This document shows positions 9,941 through 19,711 of a stretch of 64,000 nt of DNA, piece by piece. This DNA comes from Candidatus Kerfeldbacteria bacterium (GTDB lineage: Bacteria > Patescibacteriota > Patescibacteriia > SBBC01 > CAIJZX01): contig CAIJZX010000016.1 of NCBI GenBank assembly GCA_903825245.1, forward strand, positions 2,100-66,099, written 5' to 3'. Both the position numbers and the translations under genes were made by a program. Each line of letters begins with the position of its first letter. Position 1 is the stretch's first letter. The notes under the pieces were generated by a model. That model saw nothing but the letters and a program-made list of their open reading frames with translations. It did not search any database and had not been told where the DNA came from.

Positions 9941-11023
9941 ATGACTATGAAAGCTGTCATCATGGCTGGCGGAAACGGCACACGACTGTGGCCGGTATCA
10001 CGTCAACAGTCACCGAAACAAGCGCAACCGTTCGGCGATAACGAAACATTGTTGCAAAAAACCTACCGGCGTTTACGACGCGGGTGGAGCGATAAAGATA
10101 TTTTTGTTTCAACAAGCGTCGATCAGTTTTCTATCTTACGCAAGCAATTACCGAAATTACAATCGTCGCAGTACATTTTAGAATCTGCGCGACGCGATAC
10201 CGCCTCGGCCATCGGCTTAGCTGTGGCGGCGATTCATAAAAAAAATCCGCAAGAAGTTGTCTTTACGGCTAACTCCGACGCCTACCTGAAAGAAACGGAT
10301 GCCTATGTGAAAGTTATCAAGGATGCCGGTGCACTTGTTAACCGTTTCCCGAATCAAACAGTGCTGATCGGCATCAAGCCGCGTTTCGCTGATACCGGAC
10401 TCGGGTATATCAAAATGAAAAAACAAGTCGACTCGATCGGCGGTCATGACGTTTTTCTTGTTGATCGCTTTGTCGAGAAACCGGATCGTGCGACCGCCGA
10501 ACGATATGTAGCGAGTTGGCAGTATTTGTGGAATCCAGCCATGTTTGTGTTTCGTGCGGATGCGATGTTGGAAAAGTATCGGCGCTGGTTGCCGTCGTCA
10601 TACAAGTTGTTGATGCAAATGCAATCGGCAATAGGAACATCGCGAGAGCGAGCGACGATTAAGCGGCTATTTCCGAAAATGCAGAAAATTTCTATCGACT
10701 ATGGCATTATGGAAAAAGATCGGCAAATGCTGGTCATGCCTGCCGATTTGACCTGGTCCGATATCGGTTCGTGGTCGGCAGTGCACGATATGCTCGCTGC
10801 GCATCCGCATCATAATGTCAGCCGGGCGAAACATATCAGCATTGATTCACGTGGGAATTTACTTTTCAGCTATACCGGTAAGCTTATCGCGACCGCTGGT
10901 TTGCAGAATATGATTGTCATCGAAACCGACGACGCGATTCTGGTTTGCCCAAAAGACCGGGCACAGGATGTGAAGCAAATAGTAGTTGAACTGGAGCGAC
11001 AAAAATTGAATTGTCACCTCTAA
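9941..11023 (+). CDS. manC: Mannose-1-phosphate guanylyltransferase (GDP-mannose pyrophosphorylase)
   Basis: N-terminus MKAVIMAGGNGTRLWP… nucleotidyltransferase signature; true start taken at internal ATG (ORF track start 9851 is an upstream extension). Confidence 0.8.
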   Translation: MTMKAVIMAGGNGTRLWPVSRQQSPKQAQPFGDNETLLQKTYRRLRRGWSDKDIFVSTSVDQFSILRKQLPKLQSSQYILESARRDTASAIGLAVAAIHKKNPQEVVFTANSDAYLKETDAYVKVIKDAGALVNRFPNQTVLIGIKPRFADTGLGYIKMKKQVDSIGGHDVFLVDRFVEKPDRATAERYVASWQYLWNPAMFVFRADAMLEKYRRWLPSSYKLLMQMQSAIGTSRERATIKRLFPKMQKISIDYGIMEKDRQMLVMPADLTWSDIGSWSAVHDMLAAHPHHNVSRAKHISIDSRGNLLFSYTGKLIATAGLQNMIVIETDDAILVCPKDRAQDVKQIVVELERQKLNCHL

Positions 11024-12042
11024 TGCGCTACGTCTACGCGATTATTGGAGGATTCATCATTGTCGTTGGTATTGCCGTCGGGTGGATGCTGTTGTCGGTA
11101 AATCATGCGACTGGATCGGCGTCACAGCAAGTGTCGTTTACTGTTGCTCGAGGGCAACAACTTCGGAGCGTCGCCGTGGCTTTGCAAAAAGATAACCTTA
11201 TTTCATCAGCCGGGGCTTGGACATTGTATGCGCTGACGCAAGGGAAGCGTTCGGGAATTTTGGTCGGGGATTATGTGTTAGATCGCGGTATGACCGGTCG
11301 GCAGATTTTGCAAACGATTTCGACGCAGAATGCAAAGGACAACGAGGTGATGTTAACGTTTAAAGAAGGTTTAACAAATAAAGAGATCGCTTCAAGCTTA
11401 GAAACAGCGGGTGTCGTTAGTGCTAGTGATTTTCTAGCGGCAGTAGGCGTGACGGACAGCCGAACCGTGGTTGCAAAAGACTATACATTCTTAGCGGATA
11501 AACCCGCAAGCGCCGATCTCGAAGGATATCTTTTTCCAGATACGTATCGATTTTTTAAGAAATCAACCGCGGCATCGGTGTTGCAGAAGTTTCTCGATAA
11601 CTTCGATCAGCGTGTAACACCGGCGCTACGCCAAGCGGCGAAGGCTCATGGACATACGCTGTATGAGGAGTTAACGATGGCCTCAATTTTAGAGAAAGAG
11701 TTAAAAACTGATACCGATCGTGCGAACGGCGCCGATGTGTTCTGGAAGCGCATTGATATCGGTATGCCATTACAGTCCGATGCTACTGTTATCTTCTCCA
11801 CCGGACAGTCGAATATCAATGTCTCAATCGCCGATACGAACACTGATTCACCATATAATACCTACCAACACAAAGGTTTGCCACCGGGGCCGATCAATAA
11901 TCCGGGCATTTCGTCGCTCCGCGCGGCTATCAATCCGACGAGTAATCCATATTATTACTATTTGACTGCACCGGATGGGACGACGTATTTCGCGAAAACA
12001 TTGGCTGAACATAACGAGAACAAGGCTAAGTATTTAAAGTAA
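11011..12042 (+). CDS. mltG: Endolytic murein transglycosylase MltG (YceG-like)
   Basis: N-terminal TM, YceG-like conserved C-terminal region (…GLPPGPINNPG…). Confidence 0.8.
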   Translation: MSPLMRYVYAIIGGFIIVVGIAVGWMLLSVNHATGSASQQVSFTVARGQQLRSVAVALQKDNLISSAGAWTLYALTQGKRSGILVGDYVLDRGMTGRQILQTISTQNAKDNEVMLTFKEGLTNKEIASSLETAGVVSASDFLAAVGVTDSRTVVAKDYTFLADKPASADLEGYLFPDTYRFFKKSTAASVLQKFLDNFDQRVTPALRQAAKAHGHTLYEELTMASILEKELKTDTDRANGADVFWKRIDIGMPLQSDATVIFSTGQSNINVSIADTNTDSPYNTYQHKGLPPGPINNPGISSLRAAINPTSNPYYYYLTAPDGTTYFAKTLAEHNENKAKYLK

Positions 12043-12050
12043 ATGCGAGG

Positions 12051-12929
12051 ATGAAAATTCCGATAAAACAATTAGCTTCGGGTTTTCAAATGCCGGTTTA
12101 TGGACTTGGTACCTGGCAAATGGGTGGACGGAACGAGCGCGATCCAAAAAATAATGATAACGCAGATATTTCAGCAATCCGATACGCGATTGAGCGAGGA
12201 GTGACACACATTGATACGGCTGAATCGTATGCGAACGGTTACACAGAATCGTTAGTCGGGCAAGCCATTAAGCCATACGACCGACGATCGTTATTTTTGG
12301 TTTCGAAGGTTCACTCAAGTCATCTGGAATATCAACAAGTGATCGATGCTGCCAGGTTTAGCCTGGATCGTCTGGGGACTGATTATCTCGACCTATATCT
12401 TATCCATCGATATAGTCTCAGCACACCCTTAGGAGAGACAATGCAAGCATTAGATGAACTTATTCATCAGGGTTTAGTAAGAAACATAGGGGTAAGCAAT
12501 TTCCCAGTTGAGAAAATGGAAGAAGCACGGGCACTAACAAAAAATAAAATCGTTTGTAATCAAGTTCACTATAATCTCAAGTATCGCGAGGTTGAGAAGG
12601 AAGGCGTGCTAAGATATTGCCAAGAGCACGATGTAATGCTCGTTGCTTGGCGACCGCTTCAAAAAGGTCTTTTGCTAGACGCCGTTCCTCCCGTGGTATC
12701 TGAGTTAGCAAAAAAATATGGTAAAACACCGACTCAAATTGCCATCAACTGGGTTATCTCTCAAGATCATGTCGTTACGCTTTCAAAGACGTCCAACAAT
12801 GATCATCTCCAAGAAAATCTAGGAGCTGTGGGATGGTCCATGGATACCGAGGATATAGAGAAATTAAGATCAGAATTCCCGAATCAGGAAATAGTTTCTG
12901 ACGCAGTGCCACTGCATTATTCAGAATAA
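12051..12929 (+). CDS. Aldo/keto reductase family oxidoreductase
   Basis: AKR signatures (GLGTWQMGG, …IHRY…, LQENLGA). Confidence 0.8.
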   Translation: MKIPIKQLASGFQMPVYGLGTWQMGGRNERDPKNNDNADISAIRYAIERGVTHIDTAESYANGYTESLVGQAIKPYDRRSLFLVSKVHSSHLEYQQVIDAARFSLDRLGTDYLDLYLIHRYSLSTPLGETMQALDELIHQGLVRNIGVSNFPVEKMEEARALTKNKIVCNQVHYNLKYREVEKEGVLRYCQEHDVMLVAWRPLQKGLLLDAVPPVVSELAKKYGKTPTQIAINWVISQDHVVTLSKTSNNDHLQENLGAVGWSMDTEDIEKLRSEFPNQEIVSDAVPLHYSE

Positions 12930-12951
12930 ATAAGCGATATCCAGGTTAGAC

Positions 12952-13137
12952 TTGACGTACTTTCTTTCTTCAGGTACACTGTTTTAGCTTTCCACAGACG
13001 CTCAGCCCCTCGACCTGGCTCGGGACAAGTGCCCGAGAACAAGACAAAGAGGGTTAATTGGCACGATTGCCAACTGACCGAGGAAGCACCGCCAATTCGG
13101 CGTCCATGTCTGTGGTCGCCAACTTTTCTACATACCT
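12952..13137 (+). promoter_or_regulatory. rplJ promoter (TTGACG-17-TACACT, ~12952-12980) and L10 leader with stable hairpin (CTCGGGACAAGTGCCCGAG ~13019-13037)
   Basis: -35/-10 hexamers with 17-nt spacer; ~150-nt structured leader upstream of rplJ as in L10(L12)4 autoregulatory leaders. Confidence 0.5.
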
Positions 13138-13677
13138 ATGGCTATAACACGACAAGCGAAAGAGCAGACCCTCGTCGAGTTGAATGAAAAACTTCAACGA
13201 TCGAAGGGATTGATTTTTACCCATTACCAAGGGTTAACCGTAAAAGATGTTACGGAATTGCGGAAGACGCTCCGCCAAGGTGACGTGGAACTGGTCGTAG
13301 CGAAGAAAACGCTGCTACGAAAAGCGTTGACCGAAAATGGTTTTGACCAAGCGATTGTCGACCAACTCGAAGGTAGTGTGGCCATGGCCTTCGGATACAG
13401 CGACGAAGTTACGGCCGCAAAGTTGCTCCAAACATTCGCCAAGACCCATCCAACCGTTGAACTCATGGGCGGCTTAATCGGTAAACAGGTGCTTGATGCT
13501 AAACAAGCTGTGACATTAGCAAAACTTCCGAGTCGCGACGAAATGCGGGCTAAACTGGTCTGGGTCATTGGCAGTCCGTTGTCCGGTTTAGTTCAAGTTA
13601 CGGCGGGAACATTACGAAGCTTCATCCAAGTTCTTAACGCAATTAATGAGAAGCGCCCGGCTCAAGCTGGCGCCTAA
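13138..13677 (+). CDS. rplJ: 50S ribosomal protein L10
   Basis: Clear L10 homology (MAITRQAKEQTLVELNEKLQ…). Confidence 0.95.
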   Translation: MAITRQAKEQTLVELNEKLQRSKGLIFTHYQGLTVKDVTELRKTLRQGDVELVVAKKTLLRKALTENGFDQAIVDQLEGSVAMAFGYSDEVTAAKLLQTFAKTHPTVELMGGLIGKQVLDAKQAVTLAKLPSRDEMRAKLVWVIGSPLSGLVQVTAGTLRSFIQVLNAINEKRPAQAGA

Positions 13678-13695
13678 CGAAGAAAGGAATATTTT

Positions 13696-14100
13696 ATGTC
13701 CGATGAACAACAAGTCGTCGAAGTGCCGGAAAAATTCAAGGCGCTCGTCGAACAGCTCGAAAAACTCTCCGTCCTGGACTTGGCCGAATTGGTCAAAGTA
13801 CTCGAAGGAAAGTTCGGTGTTAGCGCTGCCGCTCCGATGATGATGTCGGCCGCTCCAGCCGCAGGCGATGCCGCCGCGGTGGAAGAAAAGAGTTCGTTTA
13901 ATGTTGAGCTCTTAACAACTGGTTCGAATAAGATCGCGGTTATAAAGGTTGTTCGCGAGGTGACAGGCAAAGGTTTGAAAGAAGCCAAGGATATCGTTGA
14001 TGCCGCGCCGAAGATGATTAAGGAAGGCGCAACGAAGGAAGAAGCGGAAACGCTAAAGAAACAGCTTGAAGAAGCTGGAGCAACAGTCGCTCTCAAGTAA
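13696..14100 (+). CDS. rplL: 50S ribosomal protein L7/L12
   Basis: Clear L7/L12 homology (…[15 protein letters not shown]…[21 protein letters not shown]). Confidence 0.95.
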   Translation: MSDEQQVVEVPEKFKALVEQLEKLSVLDLAELVKVLEGKFGVSAAAPMMMSAAPAAGDAAAVEEKSSFNVELLTTGSNKIAVIKVVREVTGKGLKEAKDIVDAAPKMIKEGATKEEAETLKKQLEEAGATVALK

Positions 14101-14116
14101 GAACTTTTACAACAAT

Positions 14117-14148
14117 CTCCACACTAAACTACGGTGTGGAGTTTTGTT
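14117..14148. terminator. Bidirectional rho-independent terminator (CTCCACAC-loop-GTGTGGAG + TTTTGTT) after rplL, overlapping stop of convergent gene
   Basis: 8-bp perfect stem followed by T-run on plus strand. Confidence 0.7.
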
Positions 14149-16375
14149 AATGGTTCAGCGTGAAGGATGAAATGGTTACGCCGCTTAGAGCGTACGCTGT
14201 CTTTGTCTTTTCGTTGACTGTTATGTCACGAAGATCGGTCCAGGTTGGGGAGGTATATTGATCAACAAGCTTTCCTGTTTTTGTCATAACCACGATGCGA
14301 TGATGTCCCGGATCGACGAGGTAAATGTTTGTCATAGTTGAGTCTGTAATCAATCGAGTGGCGTCGGTTAGTGGTGGGTCAATAGTGCTTAACGTCAACG
14401 TGCCTTTCCGGCCATTTGCATACAACTCAACAACGCCGTGTGGTTGAAGAACGAAAATTGAACCATCAACTTGGAGGCTACGTGCGGCAGAAAGTTGAGC
14501 AGCTTCTTTTAACCAGAGTGTTCCTGTACCGAGAGAAGTAGCGCCGATAGTAAAGCGGACAATGGAAGTATGCGCTGCATCGAGTGTGTACAGTCTGTTT
14601 TGGTATATGGCTACCGATTGCACTCGTGAATTCGGGGTTGGCCACGTTGCATCGAGGGATTTCCAGGTTTTTTTCTGAGTATCAAGCAATAAGAATCCAT
14701 TGCGATCTGTACTGAACAAGACGCCAGATGTACCGCTAATGGCGCCAGTAGCTACTTTCCCGGTGTCGATAGTAGGGTTGGCGATAACTGTAGTCGTATT
14801 TGTTGTTCCTAGCGTGGTTGCAGTCACAATTGTCTGGCCCGGATCAACGGTAATGAGTTTGGTACCGGATAAATAGAGCTGTTGTGGTTGAATGTTAGGA
14901 GCGGTGGTTAGGAGATTAGCTACTACAGTTGGCTGCGGTATTGTTGTTTGGTGCGATAACTTAGCGATCAACTGGTTGATTGACGTTAGTGCTGATTGTC
15001 GAGCCGCTCTGTCTTTTGCGGTGTGGTTTGGCAATGCGTTGTAGAGTGTTTGAGCGGCTTGGAGTTCCTGTTGAGCAGTGACCTCTCCACCATATATAAT
15101 AGCAGCATTGGCTTTGGCAATATGATCACTAATGGTGGCTGATGAGTTTGTGGTAGCAGCAGTGGTTGGTGAATGGTGTTTCGGTAAAATACTAACCGCT
15201 AGAACCACAATCAGTACAAACGTTACACCAAGAAGAATTTGTTGCTGACGAGAAAGTCGTTGAAACGCAGAAATAGTTTGATTGAGCGAAGGTCGCCAAC
15301 GTCGTTTCATGGTTGTTGGCAATATGGCTGGGGGCGGTGCTGTTGGGATGTTTAGTCTATTCGGCCGGATGGTGGCAAAGAAATGCGTAGTTTCATCAAA
15401 AGTTCTTCGGAATATGCGGTGTACAGATGGCCAAAAACTTGATGTCGATCGCGCGAGTGACTGATTTTGTATGCTGCCGGGGACCGTTCGTCGCGGTGGT
15501 TTATGTAAAACCTTCTGACGTGTTATGGTTGATACGCTGCGAGTAATTTGAACGACTACGTCGCGAAAAGCTGGCCAGATTGATGGCGAGAGTAAACGTT
15601 CAGTAGCTTGTTCTTTGGCAATTAAATGCTCCATGGAAACTTGTGGGGCAGATTGTGTCAGGGTGGCCTGGGCTACAGGACGGCTCATCGGCGTCGTTAC
15701 TGTCTCAGCGGCGACCGATTGCACAATCACTGCTGCGAATGATGATTGCTGCTTAACACCTAAGAGTGTTGATTCCCATTGATGAACGGCTGCTGATGGG
15801 CTGCCATCAAGAAGTGTCCGTCGAAGTTTTTCTAGTGAGAAATAGTCTAGTAACGACGGGGTACAAAAAAGTAATTGATCGTCGGCCTGTAATTGGCCAG
15901 CAATGACGTGAGAAAATATTCTGATGGGATTGACGGCAGTACTTTCGTTGTCGCCTAATAAATCATGCATTCGATTCCGGCGGAATAAATACCCATGAAT
16001 AGCCCCGACGGAACTCATTACCACTTCGTCTCGCCATATAGCGGCGATAAGAATGTTCGCTGTCTCAACCCATTGACTAACGCCGTCGGTGATAACACTG
16101 TGGAGTCGTCGGTTCGTTTGCTGAAGAGCATGTTCAAGTGCACGTTCTGGTTTTACGTCAGCCGATCGGTAGTACGCGGTGCGCAGTTCCTCTTGGATGA
16201 GATTTACTACATCAAGATGAACACGGTCCGTTCCGGCGATAGTAGCAACCACAATTAACTTACCTAATGCCTGCTCTTCAGTCGGTGTCGGACGAGAAAT
16301 CCAAACATTCGCCGCCGTTGGCGAATGGTTGGGGTCGTAGATGAGGAGGGTTTCAAATCGTTGGCGGAGGGGCAT
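14147..16375 (-). CDS. Hypothetical large membrane protein: N-terminal cytoplasmic domain, central TM segment, C-terminal extracellular beta-propeller-like repeat region
   Basis: ORF translation; single hydrophobic stretch (ILLGVTFVLIVVLAVSIL) mid-protein; C-terminal half rich in T/G/V beta-strand repeats; no confident family assignment. Confidence 0.5.
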   Translation of the reverse strand: MPLRQRFETLLIYDPNHSPTAANVWISRPTPTEEQALGKLIVVATIAGTDRVHLDVVNLIQEELRTAYYRSADVKPERALEHALQQTNRRLHSVITDGVSQWVETANILIAAIWRDEVVMSSVGAIHGYLFRRNRMHDLLGDNESTAVNPIRIFSHVIAGQLQADDQLLFCTPSLLDYFSLEKLRRTLLDGSPSAAVHQWESTLLGVKQQSSFAAVIVQSVAAETVTTPMSRPVAQATLTQSAPQVSMEHLIAKEQATERLLSPSIWPAFRDVVVQITRSVSTITRQKVLHKPPRRTVPGSIQNQSLARSTSSFWPSVHRIFRRTFDETTHFFATIRPNRLNIPTAPPPAILPTTMKRRWRPSLNQTISAFQRLSRQQQILLGVTFVLIVVLAVSILPKHHSPTTAATTNSSATISDHIAKANAAIIYGGEVTAQQELQAAQTLYNALPNHTAKDRAARQSALTSINQLIAKLSHQTTIPQPTVVANLLTTAPNIQPQQLYLSGTKLITVDPGQTIVTATTLGTTNTTTVIANPTIDTGKVATGAISGTSGVLFSTDRNGFLLLDTQKKTWKSLDATWPTPNSRVQSVAIYQNRLYTLDAAHTSIVRFTIGATSLGTGTLWLKEAAQLSAARSLQVDGSIFVLQPHGVVELYANGRKGTLTLSTIDPPLTDATRLITDSTMTNIYLVDPGHHRIVVMTKTGKLVDQYTSPTWTDLRDITVNEKTKTAYALSGVTISSFTLNH

Positions 16376-16420
16376 ACAGGGACAAAAATCAGCTTTTAGT
16401 ATACACTACAGTAGAAATCT

Positions 16421-16993
16421 ATGCGATCTTCACTTGACCACCTCTTTGGTTCACGTACTCGAGCAAAAGTGCTCCGCCTTTTACTGACAAACCCGGAAAA
16501 GTCTTATTTTGTGCGTGAAATTAGCCGAAAAATACATGAACACGTCAATTCTGTTCGTAGAGAACTGCAGTTACTACAGTCAATTAACCTGGTGACAGCG
16601 GTCGGCGATGGATTAAAACGATACTATCGAGCCAACATGGAAAGCGGCTTGTTCCCGGAATTGAAGGCGTTAGTCTTTAAAGGTGAGGTGCTCGAAGAGC
16701 GCACATTACTAGCACAAATTGAGGATAGTGGACGAATCTATTTACTCGTTTTGACCGGTTTCTTTGTTGGTCAAATAGAATCCGCTACGGATATTCTCAT
16801 TGTCGGAAGTGTGAATCGGCCAAAGTTAGAGAGGTTGATGAACACCTTTCAGGAGCACTTCGATAGAGAAATTCATTATACCGTCATGACCAAGCAGGAA
16901 TTTGAGTACCGGCACTCACTGACAGACCGTTTCTTGTACGCAATTCTCTCTGGACCAATTATTGCCGTTATCGATAAAAGACCGACAGTATGA
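16421..16993 (+). CDS. Winged-helix (ArsR/MarR-like) DNA-binding protein with C-terminal domain of unknown function
   Basis: N-terminal …RAKVLRLLLTNPEKSYFVREISRKIHEHVNSVRRELQLL… wHTH pattern. Confidence 0.5.
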   Translation: MRSSLDHLFGSRTRAKVLRLLLTNPEKSYFVREISRKIHEHVNSVRRELQLLQSINLVTAVGDGLKRYYRANMESGLFPELKALVFKGEVLEERTLLAQIEDSGRIYLLVLTGFFVGQIESATDILIVGSVNRPKLERLMNTFQEHFDREIHYTVMTKQEFEYRHSLTDRFLYAILSGPIIAVIDKRPTV

Positions 16994-17409
16994 AACTAGT
17001 TATACAAACGAACGTCGCCGGACGGTTGTTGTTTTGGTTGGTGGCGAAAGGCAGTATTCAAGCCAAACTTTCGAAAATAGTACAATGGCATGGTTCAGAT
17101 GTGGCCTTGCAAGCCATAGATACGATGTTGAAGAAAAACAAAAAAACCTTATCAGGGATTGTCGTTGTTCGCGGCCCTGGATCATTTACGGCTGTTCGTA
17201 CCGGATTGATTATTGCCAATACATTAGCAAGCCTTCTCGATCTCCCGGTATATGGTGTTGTTCATACTTTAACGCTAACCGATAGCGAGGTGCTGAAGGT
17301 TGTTCAACAAGAAGGTAAGCGCCGGACATTGATCAAGCCGTGGTATGGCAAATCACCGAATATAACGAAATCAAAAAAGAAACTACCTCAAGCAAGGGCG
17401 AAACGCTGA
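16990..17409 (+). CDS. tsaB: tRNA threonylcarbamoyladenosine biosynthesis protein TsaB (YeaZ), short form
   Basis: GPGSFTAVRTGLIIANTLA motif typical of TsaB/YeaZ; only 139 aa (short). Confidence 0.65.
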   Translation: MKLVIQTNVAGRLLFWLVAKGSIQAKLSKIVQWHGSDVALQAIDTMLKKNKKTLSGIVVVRGPGSFTAVRTGLIIANTLASLLDLPVYGVVHTLTLTDSEVLKVVQQEGKRRTLIKPWYGKSPNITKSKKKLPQARAKR

Positions 17410-17954
17410 CGTTGTTCAACCGGTCGCGGATCAATGCCGCGGGAGAATTGTTGTAGGATGAGTCCGGAAACACCAAACCAATCGCGTAGGGTCTGATGGG
17501 AAACATCTCGAAAGGCAGCAAACGTTGTCACGCCGTGTTTTTCTAAGTACCGTGTCGTGCGTTCTCCGAGTCCTGGCAGTAATCGAATCGGAAGTTGGGC
17601 TAGAAATTCCTCAGTCATTGCTGCGGTTACAATTGTGCAGTGCGGTGAACCACGGTAGAGGGCGGCGGCGCGAGCGGTCGTTTTTTGTTCGGCGGCTCCG
17701 AAACGAATGTATGCACCGTAGGTATGTCGCAACGCTTGGTAGACTTCCTGTACTCTTGCTTTTGTCATCCACGGCTCAAGAGATATGTACGCACTGCGGA
17801 CGGAATCAAATTCATAACTTTGGACGCCGCGAATCTGGTCAAAGATTTGCGCGTGACCGAGGAGTATCGATTGGAGGGGGAGTTGAAGATAAGCGATCAT
17901 CCCGTTAGATGGGCGAATTGATAATGACCGTTGGTGTACGAGGGTTGATGACAT
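17388..17954 (-). pseudogene. 5'-truncated Y-family DNA polymerase (DinB/UmuC-like) fragment downstream of lexA
   Basis: Translation matches palm-C/thumb/HhH region of DinB (…FGAAEQKTTARAAALYRGSPH…LPIRLLPGLGERTTRYLEKHGVTTFAAF…) but the N-terminal catalytic ~150-200 aa (DxD, SIDEA motifs) are absent and only ~100 nt separate it from lexA. Confidence 0.55.
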
Positions 17955-18057
17955 ATGTTGGTTGCCCGTCTAACGGGACAGGTAGTTGAATGAAAGCCGA
18001 AGAAAAACCGAAGTAATAATGCTGTAAAAGCGCGCACTTAACATACGCGCCTAACAG

Positions 18058-18678
18058 TTAGTATTGTCGAATGACGCCAAGAACCTTACCCTGAATAACG
18101 ACACTCTTCACGTCGATCGGTGAGTACGTGCGGTTTGCCGGTTGTAAACGGATAAAGTTTCGCTTTTTGAAGAACTTCTTTAATGTGGCGGTGCCATCAT
18201 CGAGTAGAGCGACCACCGTATCGCCGTCTTTCGCGTAGTCAGTTTTTTCAATAACAACGAAGTCACCATCGGCAATAAAGCTTTCAATCATAGAATCACC
18301 TTTGACTTTAAGGACATAGGCGTTCTTTCCGCGAACAATTTCTTCTGGTACCGCTAACGAGACGTCGCGATTTTCAATCGCATCAATCGGGTAACCAGCG
18401 GCGATTGTGCCGACAACTGGCAAAGATATGCTTCGTGCAATCGTTGCGGCAAACGTCTTGAGTCGTGACGTCAGTGTAATACCGCGTTCTTCGCCTTCAG
18501 CGCGATCGATAAATCCGCGTTCTTCGAGGAATTGCAAATGTTCGTGAACCGTTGAGAGTGCGTTAACATCAAGAAACTTCGCAATTTCAGAAAGTGTTGG
18601 TGCATATCCGTGTTGCTCAATATAGTCCTTTAAAAATTGAAGAACTTTCTGTTTCGTTTTTGGTAGGATATGAGCCAT
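18058..18678 (-). CDS. lexA: LexA repressor (S24 peptidase)
   Basis: N-terminal wHTH (…GYAPTLSEIAKFL…), Ala-Gly cleavage region, Ser/Lys dyad domain (GDSM…). Confidence 0.9.
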   Translation of the reverse strand: MAHILPKTKQKVLQFLKDYIEQHGYAPTLSEIAKFLDVNALSTVHEHLQFLEERGFIDRAEGEERGITLTSRLKTFAATIARSISLPVVGTIAAGYPIDAIENRDVSLAVPEEIVRGKNAYVLKVKGDSMIESFIADGDFVVIEKTDYAKDGDTVVALLDDGTATLKKFFKKRNFIRLQPANRTYSPIDVKSVVIQGKVLGVIRQY

Positions 18679-19082
18679 AGGAAAGTGGTGTACACCCCTC
18701 CTAACATTTACTTTGTTGGAGAGACAAATTGTTGTTGGAAAATTATATATTGTATGGTGTGAGGAGTGGTAATCTCACCTGATGCGGTGGGGGAAAGGGG
18801 AGTTTCCTCGTCCCTGACCCCACCGAATCGATGAACGTATGTTGAGCGACCCGCTATGCAGGCCTGGCTTCACGAACATCATATACCGAAGGAAAACCGA
18901 AGTCAAGGATGTAAAGAGCTTAGTTCCACGTCCTAAAGTCCAATGAAATGATTAATCTTTAAAGTAATCCACAGGGATGGTTTGCCTGCAACGCGATTCG
19001 GCGTAGCCAAATTTTACGTTGGGGATAACTTCGGGTATTCTTCGGTCTAGGCTAAGTCAGCGGTCTTTGCTATAGTTTCGCT

Positions 19083-19640
19083 ATGTCGAATCTCCGTGTT
19101 GCCGAAACTGAACTCAAAGGATTGTTTCTTATCGACCTTGATGTGTTCGCTGATTCTCGCGGTTCATTTCGTGAAGCGTTTCAAGCGGAAAAATTAGAAG
19201 CGTTAGGATTGCCAAAGTTGGGACCGGTGCAATGGAATATTTCGGAAAATATGCGAGCCGGCATAATACGGGGAATTCATGCCGAGCCGTGGGATAAGTA
19301 TATCCACTGTATTGCCGGTCGGGCCTTTGCCGCGATTGTTGATATTCGAAAAGAGTCTCCTATGTTCGGTCGCCATTTAACGTTTGAACTCGATCAAACG
19401 AAAGCGTTATACGTGTCGAAAGGATTCGGGAATGCATACCAGACATTGGAACCGAATACGGTCTACGGATATTTAGTCAACGCTCATTGGACGGCTGGGC
19501 TAAAATATCCGGCCATCAATTACGCTGATCCTGATTTGAATATCCAATGGCCGTTACCGATCGGGTCGGATGACGTGTCGGAGAAAGATACAAAAAATCC
19601 GATGATGAAAGAAATGTTTCCGCAGAAATACACCACTTGA
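19083..19640 (+). CDS. rmlC: dTDP-4-dehydrorhamnose 3,5-epimerase
   Basis: RmlC cupin signatures. Confidence 0.85.
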   Translation: MSNLRVAETELKGLFLIDLDVFADSRGSFREAFQAEKLEALGLPKLGPVQWNISENMRAGIIRGIHAEPWDKYIHCIAGRAFAAIVDIRKESPMFGRHLTFELDQTKALYVSKGFGNAYQTLEPNTVYGYLVNAHWTAGLKYPAINYADPDLNIQWPLPIGSDDVSEKDTKNPMMKEMFPQKYTT

Positions 19641-19652
19641 CGATTGTATGGT

Positions 19653-19702
19653 TGACAACAACTGCTGACGGTGGTAGATACTAGTCAGCAGTTCGTTGAC
19701 AA
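19653..19702 (+). promoter_or_regulatory. Putative promoter (TTGACA-17-TAGATA) overlapping an 8-bp inverted repeat CTGCTGAC…GTCAGCAG (candidate operator) upstream of the GC-rich membrane-protein gene
   Basis: Read from sequence ~19653-19693. Confidence 0.35.
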
Positions 19703-19711
19703 TTGTCTCGG

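Noticed and set aside
16990-17409. TsaB as a truncated pseudogene
   Set aside because: It is only 139 aa but the conserved N-terminal core is intact and it is translationally coupled to the upstream gene. Short TsaB forms exist in reduced genomes, so it is kept as a CDS.
18890-18930. SRP RNA (4.5S) domain IV-like sequence CCGAAGGAAAACCGAAGTCAAGG
   Set aside because: It lacks the conserved GGAAGCAGC core and flanking helix 8 pairing, so the resemblance is superficial.
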